Assembly (NCBI RefSeq): GCF_018350175.1
Contig: NC_058369.1
Span: 9,302,001 to 9,366,000 of the forward strand
Origin: Felis catus
Taxonomy: Eukaryota
DNA: 64,000 bases
Direction: 5' to 3'
A program made the position numbers and the translations under genes. Below the pieces are notes generated by a model, which ran no database searches, had not been told where the DNA came from, and was given only the letters and a program-made list of their open reading frames with translations. Positions 20,780-29,711 of this stretch are shown in pieces; position 1 is the stretch's first letter; the number at the start of each line of letters is the position of its first letter.

Positions 20780-21300
20780 AAAGAACCCATCCATACATAA
20801 AATCATGTAATACACAGGTCTTTTGTCTGCCTTCTTGCATTCAGCATAGTGTTTTCAAGGTTCACCCATATCCTCGCCTGTATCCGTGTTTGTTCCTTTC
20901 TATGGCTGAATAATATTCCGTTGGATGACTGGACCATATTTTATGTATCCACTCATCAGTTGATGGACATTTGGGTTTCCACCTTTTTGGCGATTGTGAA
21001 CGGTGCACAGGATTTTCTGTGGATCTAGGTGTTTGTTTCTCTTGGGTATAATTCTAAGGAATGGAATTGCTGGGTCATATGGTAACTCCGTGTTTAATCA
21101 TTTGAGGAGCTGCCAGACTTTTTCCATAGCAACTGCACCATTTTGCATCCCCACCAGCAGCGTAGGAGGATTCCGATCTCATCCTTGCCAACACTTGTCT
21201 GTCTTTTTTATTCCATCCAGCCCCGTTGGTATGAAATGGTGTTTCGCTGTGGTTTGGGCTCGCGTAGTTACCCTGACGACTAGTGATGTTCTCGTGCGCT
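20780..21300 (-). mobile_element. Old L1M 3' fragment in NACC1 intron 1
   Basis: CATTCAGCATAGTGTTTTCAAGGTTCA...GGAATTGCTGGGTCATATGGTAACTC hallmark. Confidence 0.75.
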
Positions 21301-21831
21301 TTCGGGGTTTCTTCAGTAGGTTATTCATTCATTCATCAAACAGTGATTGGGGGTCACGCGCTCAGCCCTGTGGACGCAGTGTGAAAAACCAGACGACCCT
21401 GGCCTCTTGGTGTTGTGACGCCAGTGCCCTTCGCTAGGGGTTGCCCTATCTGTGCGTGTCGTGCTGGTGATGCTTAATGCTCACAGACGCTCACTGTGTT
21501 CGCTCATTTCAAATTCAGGCACCTACGTGTAAGTGTGCGTTTGCCCTCCTGTCTGCAAGGGACGGCCAGCACGCCCCACCCCCACCCCGGGCCTGTGGCT
21601 GACATAACTGATCTGACAGTCTGTCATGGAGGCAAGTCTGTGCCGGGACTGAAGGCGTGGGTGGCTCCCGGTGATTCTCACAACCGCGGCCGAGTCCACC
21701 CTGTGGATGCTGCTCCCACGTGCCTCCCTGCAGCAGGTGAGGTTCACGAGAGGAGGGCTGAGTCTGCTGCCTGACCCCGTCCCTCCGTCTGTCTCTCCCT
21801 GTTCCCCCCCCCACCCCGCGCAGCTGCCGCC

Positions 21832-22795
21832 ATGGCCCAGACCCTGCAGATGGAGATCCCGAACTTCGGCAACAGCATTCTGGAGTGTCTGAACGAGCAG
21901 CGGCTGCAGGGCCTGTACTGTGACGTGTCCGTGGTGGTCAAGGGCCACGCCTTTAAGGCCCACCGGGCCGTGCTGGCCGCCAGCAGCTCCTACTTCCGGG
22001 ACCTGTTCAACAGCAGCCGGAGCGCGGTGGTGGAGCTGCCGGCTGCCGTGCAGCCCCAGTCCTTCCAGCGGATCCTCAGCTTCTGCTACACGGGCCGGCT
22101 GAGCATGAACGTGGGGGACCAGTTCCTGCTCATGTACACGGCCGGCTTCCTGCAGATCCAGGAGATCATGGAGAAGGGCACCGAGTTCTTCCTCAAGGTG
22201 AGCTCCCCCAGCTGCGACTCCCAGGGCCTGCACGCTGAGGAGGCCCCATCGTCCGAGCCCCAGAGCCCCGTGGCCCAGACGTCGAGCTGGCCGGCCTGTG
22301 GCACCCCGCTGCCCCTCGTGTCCCGCGTCAAGACGGAGCAGCAGGAGTCGGACTCCGTGCAGTGCACGCCCGTGGCCAAGCGGCTGTGGGACAGCGGCGG
22401 CAGTGGCGGTGGCAACGGCAGCCGCAAGATGGCCAAGTTCTCCACGCCAGACCTGGCTGCCAACCGGCCGCCCCAGCAGGCCCCGGTGGTGGCGGCGGCA
22501 CAGCCCGCCGGGGTGGCCGTGGCGGCGGCGGCGGCGGGGGCCGGCACCGGGCAACCGGCTGGGGGGGCGGCGGCGGCGGCGGCGGCGGTGGCGGCAGGGG
22601 GCGTGGTGAGCGGGCCCAGCACGTCAGAGCGGACCAGCCCAGGCACCTCGAGTGCCTATACCAGCGACAGCCCCGGCTCCTACCACAACGAGGAGGATGA
22701 GGAGGAGGATGCAGGCGAGGAGGGCACGGACGAGCAGTACCGGCAGATCTGCAACATGTACACCATGTACAGCATGATGAACGTCGGCCAGACAG
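21832..22795 (+). CDS. NACC1: NACC1 coding exon 2 (BTB domain)
   Basis: acceptor at 21823/21824, donor CAG|GTGAG. Confidence 0.96.
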
Positions 22796-24775
22796 GTGAG
22801 GTGCCTGCCCTGCCCTCCCGCCCCGGTCCCCGCCCCCGCCCCCGCCCCAGTCCCCGACACGTGCTGCTCTCTGCCCCCGAAGCCGAGAAGGTGGAGGCCC
22901 TCCCTGAGCAGGTGGCCCCCGAGTCCCGGAATCGCATCCGGGTGCGGCAAGACCTGGCGTCTCTCCCGGCCGAGCTCATCAACCAGATCGGCAACCGCTG
23001 CCACCCCAAGCTCTACGACGAGGGGGACCCCTCCGAGAAGCTGGAGCTGGTGACAGGTGGGCCAGCGTCACTTCCTCCCCAGAACCCCCCCTTCCTCCCC
23101 CACGTCTGCCCTCTGAGCCAGCGCCCCTGGCCCGGTGTTTAGGAGCCACACTTGGGATCTGACTCCAGCCCCGCTGCCACCGCTGGCCGTGTCTTGGGGC
23201 AGCTGACACCCCTTGGTGTGGATTCGTCCCAAAGGCCGGCCTCCAGGCTTCTGCCCCGGAGGCTGGTATAATTGTGGGTCGGCACTGTTGGCCACGCGGG
23301 TAGATGAGCGGCTTCTTAGGGTGGTTTGGGGGTTGCCTGATACGGTGGCTAAGAATCTCGGCTCTTGGAGGCAGGGTGCCTTGGCGTGAGCTGCCACTGC
23401 CTGTTCTTTTTGATGCCCAGGTGGTTGTGTGGGCAAAAGCCCCCCGTGTGCAAGCAGGGCCCGGCATGTTCTAGGTGCCCCGTGCACAGCGGCACCACCA
23501 TCTGTCCTCGCCTGACCGCTGACGAGGCCACGCCGGGGCGAGTTGTCAGGGAGCGTCTTGGCCGGGCCCAGGCCGGGGCCCGGCCAAGTGGGGAACGTGG
23601 CAGTTTGGGGCCCCCCGGCCACCCTCCTGCTCCCCACTCCAGGCACCAATGTGTACATCACGAGGGCACAGCTCATGAACTGCCACGTCAGCGCGGGCAC
23701 GCGGCACAAGGTCCTGCTGCGGCGCCTCCTGGCCTCCTTCTTTGACCGGTGAGGCCCTCGCAGAGCCCGGCTGGAGGGGAGGGGGGCCGCCCCATACCCC
23801 CTGCCACGGGCGGCCTGACTCCCCTCCCCCGTGCCCTCCACCCCAGGAACACGCTGGCCAACAGCTGTGGCACCGGCATCCGCTCTTCCTCCAACAACCC
23901 CAGCCGCAAACCGCTGGACAGTCGCGTCCTTCACGCTGTCAAGTGTGAGTCTCTGGAGGGGCGGGGCCCGGGGCAGGCAGATGGTCCTCTTCCGCGTTGG
24001 CCCTGATAGATGGGTGGGGCTTGGGGTCAAGATTCTGAGGCTCAATCTAGGCCTGTGGGGAAGAAGGCTGTGACTGGATAGAGATTTCCCCACAGTGAGG
24101 GGCGGGGGGCACTGAAGGTCAGCCTGTGTCAGCTGTGGGGGTGGGTGTGCGGGGGGAGGGGTCCTCGGGGAGTCATGGGAGTGGTGAAGCAGCCAGGCCC
24201 CAGCCAGCTGTCGGGAGAGAAGTCTGGGTTTTCGTGTGGAATCTCGCAGTTCCGAAATTCTGGCAAATGACCCAGACTTTTCAAGAGCCCTGGGCCATCC
24301 TCTCAAACCCCACACACGGCCGAGCCCAGTCAGGCATGGGGTCAACCGACGTCGTGGCTCGCGGGTTCCTCCGTTCCGCCACCTCTGAGGGGGGTTCGGG
24401 GCTGCCCTGGGTGTGTGTTTGGGAATCAAGGAGCAGCGTGGCCGCGTGGCTGCTGGCAGTGTGAGCGGCCGGGGCCACACTCTGCCTGAGCCCCGCTGTG
24501 TCTGTGCCCTTGCAGACTACTGCCAGAACTTTGCTCCCAACTTCAAGGAGAGTGAGATGAACGCCATCGCAGCTGACATGTGCACCAACGCCCGCCGCGT
24601 CGTGCGGAAAAGCTGGATCCCCAAGCTCAAGGTGCTCATGGCGGAGGGCGATGCCTACACCACCTTCATCAGCGACACGGGCAAGATCGAGCCGGACATG
24701 ATGGGCGTGGAGCACAGCTTCGAGACGGCCAGCCACGACGGCGAGGCCGGCCCCTCGGCCGAGGCCCTCCAGTAA
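21832..24775 (+). CDS. NACC1: Nucleus accumbens-associated protein 1 (BTB/POZ + BEN domain), 533 aa
   Basis: Exons 21832-22795, 22883-23056, 23643-23748, 23847-23944, 24516-24775 = 1602 nt, GT-AG, in phase. [35 protein letters not shown] start, BEN domain [18 protein letters not shown], Kozak GCCGCCATGG. Confidence 0.98.
22883..23056 (+). CDS. NACC1: NACC1 exon 3
   Basis: gaag acceptor, CAG|GTGGG donor, 174 nt. Confidence 0.93.
23643..23748 (+). CDS. NACC1: NACC1 exon 4
   Basis: ccag acceptor, GTGAGG donor, 106 nt. Confidence 0.94.
23847..23944 (+). CDS. NACC1: NACC1 exon 5
   Basis: ccag acceptor, GTGAGT donor, 98 nt. Confidence 0.94.
24516..24775 (+). CDS. NACC1: NACC1 exon 6 coding part
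   Basis: tgcag acceptor; [15 protein letters not shown]...PSAEALQ, TAA stop. Confidence 0.95.
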
Positions 24776-25517
24776 CTACCACCGGACCCTCCCCGCGGGG
24801 CCGTCACACTCCCCCCCCCCCCCCACCCGATCACGCCCACCTACCATCTTGGTCACGAGCTACTGTCTGTCCCTCCCCAGGACCCGCGGGGGGCGCTGCA
24901 TGCTCCCAGCCCCTCTGCCTCCCCATCCCACTCTCTGACCCCAATCCGAGCGGGCTGGGAGAGGGCAGCGGCCGGTGCGAGCTCTGCACTGCCTTCCCTA
25001 GCACACTCGGGCGCCGTCAGGGGGGCTCCTGCTCCCCCTCTCCTAACCCCTAGCAGTGGTCTCCCCACTCACCAGGCCAGGCGGGGAGGGGCCGGCCTGG
25101 GGGGCTCAGGAAGGCTCCCTCCCCAGGCCCTGGGCCCCTTGCTGCAACCTCTTGGGACTTGCAGGGGCCCCAGGGTTCTCAGGACCCCTCCTGCCACCAC
25201 CTCCCAGTGCTTCCACGTTTCCAAAAGCGCCTTCCTGTCTCCCTCGTCTGTCCCTGCGCCTGGGGGCTGGGGTAGGCGAGGCTGAGGGGACTGCCCATTT
25301 CACAGCTGAGGAAACTGAGGCTCAGAGAAACTTCACAACTGATCTAAGGTGGTGGGCGGTGGTGGGCCCGGCGCCCCTCTCTCTCCCCACCCTGTGCCCA
25401 CCTCTGTTGCCCCCACTTTTCCCCTGGGGCCTGAGTGGGGCAGGTCCCGAGTGGGAGGCTCTTGGGGAAAGACTGAGGGTCTCTGCGAATAGAACGAGAG
25501 GTTTCCTGGGCTCACAG

Positions 25518-25520
<3 letters not shown>

Positions 25521-25572
<52 letters not shown>
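25521..25572 (+). repeat. (TG)26 microsatellite in NACC1 3' UTR
   Basis: Direct reading. Confidence 0.95.
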
Positions 25573-25576
<4 letters not shown>

Positions 25577-27469
25577 AGTTTTGCTTTTAAACAAATGGAT
25601 ATGCGAGTCAGTAGGGCCAGGGCTAGCAGCCAGGGGAGCAGGCTGGGGGGCTGCTGCCCTCCCCCCCCACCCCCACATCCCACGCTGCCCCCATCCCCTG
25701 TACATACTTTTTAAAGCATTTTTTTAGCTAATGAAATATTGAAGTATAAGATTCCTTTTATTTTTCAAACCAACGGGACTGTCTGATGTCCCCTTCAGTC
25801 CCCGGGGGACGCGGCAGGCAGGACGGGGTGGGGGATGGGGGCAGGCTGAATGCGTGCGTGCGTGAGTGTGTGGAGTGTGGGTGCGCATTTCTGAGGTGGG
25901 ACCCGGCCAGGCCTCTGCTCAGGCTCCTGTGGGTCTGACCAGCTCCTCCCTTGCTCCTCTGTTCCCCAGCGGGGCTCCATTTGAAGGGGGTGGGGGGCCT
26001 GGCCTTGGCCTCTTGGCTGAGCCCAGCTTCTGGGGACAAGGCAGGGCCCACTTCCATTGTTAGCAGTTTGCAGAATTTTCTCTAACCATTCCTCTTTCTG
26101 TCCTCGCCCAGCGCGAGGGGGTTGTGTTTTTTTGAGTTTTACATGTGAACTCTGTGGAGGGTTCTTTTTTTTACTCCCTGTCCCCCACACTGGGTGTCCT
26201 TTACAATTTCACCTTTCCCTCTAGCCCTGTCCCCACTGCCTCTCGCCGCCTTCTCCCCAATCTGACCAGCCCATTGCTTCCTTCTCCCCAATCTGACCAG
26301 CCCATTGCTACCGGCAGCCTCTCCAGAGGCAGGGGGATTGTGGGAGGTGGGGTGGGGGTCAGCCCCAACCCTTGGAATCTGACTCAGAGGTCTTCCCCAC
26401 TCCCTCCAGCAGCCCCCACCAGTCTGTGAAGGGGTCCCCTCCTGACACCTTTTTGTGGGGGTGGGGGGGGCGTCTGGTCTGGCTGGGGTCCTGGCATCCC
26501 ACTTTCCTGGCCTGGCCCCTGCACCTTAGCCCTCAGCCGGCCCAGTGTATGGGGGGAGTCGACGCCCCAGCTAAAGCACAAGCACCTTAGTCGCACCTCC
26601 CCCACGCCCTTGTCCTGGCTTTGACATCCCACCCCAGCATCTATCCCAAAGCACAATATCCTGGTCACTTGGCAAGCTGCCGGGCCGGCCGAGGCCGAGG
26701 GGCGGGCTGGGGCTCCAGCCAGACCCCACAAGGAAGGAGTCCCCAGGCGCTCCCCTCCTTCCAGGCCTTAGCAGGGGCCAGCTCTCTGGGACTGGGGTCT
26801 TCTCCCTCCCCACCCCTTTGTCCTGGACAGGCCCCTGCCCAGCCCCTCCCTGCCTTGTCCTCGGGTGGGGCTTGCCCCTGTCCCTCCTCCAAGCCCCTGC
26901 AGCACTGGGTTGGGTGGCAGAGCCCCTCGTTTCAGGGACCCCAGGAGGTGCCCCTGGCTCCCGGGACTGTGTTGGGGGGGGGGGAGGGGCTGGGCAGGGG
27001 TGCCGGGGAGGAAACTCCTCACCAGGAGAGCCAAAGACAGGGTTGTGCCTTACCCCAGGAGCCACCCCTGCGCCCCTCCCGCCCTGCCCTCCCCACCTCC
27101 TGGGCGGCCTGCTGCTTTTCCTTCTCCCCCTCCCCTGCCCCGCCCTGCTCTGAGCTGCATGGTCCCCCCCACCCCGGGGCAGCCCAGGGAGGAGCACGAA
27201 TGGAGAATCACCAACCAACGCAAAAAAAAAAAAAAAAAAAAAAAAGACTGTGGGCCCCCCCCCCTCCGCCTCCCCTGGCCGCCCACTCACCCGCCTCTTT
27301 CACGCAGGACAGACCGCCCGCCCTGTCCGTGTGAAGTGCCAACGCCCTCCCCGCCCTGGGCCGACCCCCCACTCCCCGGGCCCGTAAGTGAGATTGCACA
27401 TTAACTACTGTAAGGAGAGGAGCCGCACTGGGAAATGTGAACCATGAGAATATCAGTGACACTGAGGAA

Positions 27470-27475
27470 AATAAA
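27470..27475 (+). terminator. NACC1: NACC1 polyadenylation signal
   Basis: AATAAA at the end of a miRNA-seed-rich terminal block. Confidence 0.75.
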
Positions 27476-29349
27476 CTAAACGCCTTTGTAACAGCCCTGC
27501 CGCATGCTGCTCTCTGGGGGCGCCGGGCCCAGGAAGGGACGGTCGCTGCACACCAGGGCACCGTGTGCTCGGGACAGCCAGTGCAAACATCACACCTCAG
27601 AACGCCACTGTGAGGGGGGGCCCTGGGCCAGAGCCCCTGCCACTGGGAAACAGGCTCCAAGCCAAGCGGCCAATAGCTTCCACTTACGGCGGGGTGCCTG
27701 GCCTGGCTCAGTCGGTAGAGCGTGGGACTCTGGATCTCAAGGTCCTGAGTTCGAGCCCCACGGTGGATATGGAGCATTCTTAAGAAGTAGCTTCCGCTTA
27801 AAACCCCCTTCTGGCTACCCTAGTGTAGACACTGGGATATATATACATCCCCCCAGGGCTGTTCCTACACACGCACGAGCCCTAGGTCCTACCTCAGTGT
27901 CCTACAGGATCGCCTCCAAGAAGGGCCTCTGTTGAGTTGGCTGCATGACAGAGCCACTGGCTCCCTCCCTTCTGTGGTCTGTTTGCCACCCCCAGCCCCA
28001 GATACACATCCTGAATACACCCACACCCTTCACGGCATCTGAGCCGTTGGGCCCACGCACGCATCAGAAAGAACACAGAAGTTGAGCCGGTAAGTCCCGT
28101 TCGGTGGGCATCCTTTAAGATCCCTTGAAGAGCCACAGGTTCTGAGGCTATGAAGCCAAGATGTTCTCTCGAACCAGATGGGAAAGATGCAGATGTGTGC
28201 TAAGGTCTCCCCGATTCAGAAATGTCTCTAGTAGTGTAGGAAGGTTCTTCACTGAGGTTAGGGAGCCCATCAAATCAGAAAGTGTTTGCCTTGGGGTGGA
28301 AAAGGAAGTTTCATCCCTGCCCGGGGCAGGTCTGGCCGCTCTAGTAACTAGGAAGAGCATCCAGACAGACGTCCTGGGGAGGTGATCAGGTGGGATCTCA
28401 GTCCCCAGGGAGGCTCGGTTGTACTTGAGGAACACCAGCCCCAGCCTCGGCTGCCAGAAAGGGTTCTGACAGCCAGCAACACCACCACCAAAAATCCAGA
28501 GGTGACTGATCCAGTCACCTTGGGTAACAGGAAGTCTTGTCTGCCTTAACGTGCGGGCAAACCCAGGTACGTGCGAACACCATCCCCTCCCAGAAGTGCA
28601 CCTTTTAACCTCAGGAAGACTTGGAACAGAGTACAGAGAGATCAAGAGAACCCAGACCTCTAGCGGGTTTGCGTGAAAAAGGGAATCGGCACGTTGAACA
28701 CGGGTTCTTTTTAAGGTTTGACAAATCAGCCTAACGGAACAACACCCTTGTAACAGGCAGCACTTTGCGATGTGTAAATGAGCCACTAAGACGCGTGGTT
28801 CTGATGCGGGACTGCGTCACGCGCGGAACGGAAACATCTGAGATGGCAATCTAAGGTCCGCGGCACTTACGAGTTTTCCTGGCTCATAGGACTCACTCGG
28901 GCAAGCCCTGGCAAAGCCCTGGAATTTACAAACACTGCCTTGTCAGTGACCAGGTGTCCATTAGAGCCCGGCGGTACTCGGGCGCCTCAGAAGCGGCTTG
29001 CTCGGCTCCACTGCTGAGGCGGTTGCCTCCGGTGGGCCGAGAACGAGCAGAAGACGTTTAGACTAAACTTCAAACGCTCAAGGAAGAATCAGGCTTGGGG
29101 TTTTTCAGCCTCATCCGCCGTGAAACCAAGAAATCAACCGGACTAGTCTTTTCTGCACCAAATCCTGACCACCGATACCCCTACTAGGCGCGTGCCTGTG
29201 CACGTAGGTACACACCCGGGCCCCAGCATGTGCAAGCAAGGGGCTCGCAACGGGAGTCCCATTTAGGGGACGGGCACGAGTTAACGAGCCACAACACACA
29301 GTAAGGTATAGACGTGTATTTAAAAAAAAAAAAAAAAAAGGCTGGGATT

Positions 29350-29355
29350 TTTATT
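29350..29355 (-). terminator. STX10: STX10 polyadenylation signal
   Basis: AATAAA on the minus strand followed by a U-rich tract. Confidence 0.8.
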
Positions 29356-29634
29356 TCCAAGTTGGCACGCGCGGAAGGCACAGGAGCAAACGGCTTTGGG
29401 GCACCAGAGTAGAAACGGGGAGGGGCGGGTGTGAGGTTCCCCTACCTCTGCCACCTCCTAAGCACACTTGAGACAGGACCAGTGGCAGGGGCTCTGGCCC
29501 AGGGCCCCGAGGGTCCCACTGGCTCCGGATGAGAACCTCGAGACAGCTCTCCAGGAAGGAGCCCCTTCTCCCAGGGGGCAGGACCCTGCCAGCTCCCACA
29601 GCTAGAGGGACCGGCGCCCTGGGGAAGGCCGGCG

Positions 29635-29711
29635 TCAGAGGGAGAAGAGCAGGACAAGAACCAGAAGCAGCACCCCCAGCAGCACGACGATGGCACACCA
29701 CTGTCGGCGGT
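29635..29711 (-). CDS. STX10: STX10 exon 8 (TM anchor)
   Basis: cccag acceptor; DRRQWCAI...FSL TGA. Confidence 0.93.

Larger units (their letters stand above)
24776..27495 (+). other. NACC1: NACC1 3' UTR (about 2.7 kb)
   Basis: Largely transposon-free stretch from the stop codon to AATAAA at 27470-27475. Confidence 0.75.

Noticed and set aside
21523..22554. 343-aa antisense ORF
   Set aside because: Shadow of the GC3-rich NACC1 coding strand
21832..23142. 436-aa unspliced NACC1 ORF as the gene product
   Set aside because: Reads through intron 2 into intron 3; the spliced 533-aa model is needed for the BEN domain
23068..24480. 470-aa antisense ORF over NACC1 exons 4-5
   Set aside because: Non-ATG start, low-complexity Pro/Arg/Gly composition, no domain; expected in GC-rich DNA
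27690..27785. tRNA gene-like sequence (also at 14345, 20300, 46460, 46615)
   Set aside because: A/B boxes belong to tRNA-derived carnivore SINE heads; no intact cloverleaf
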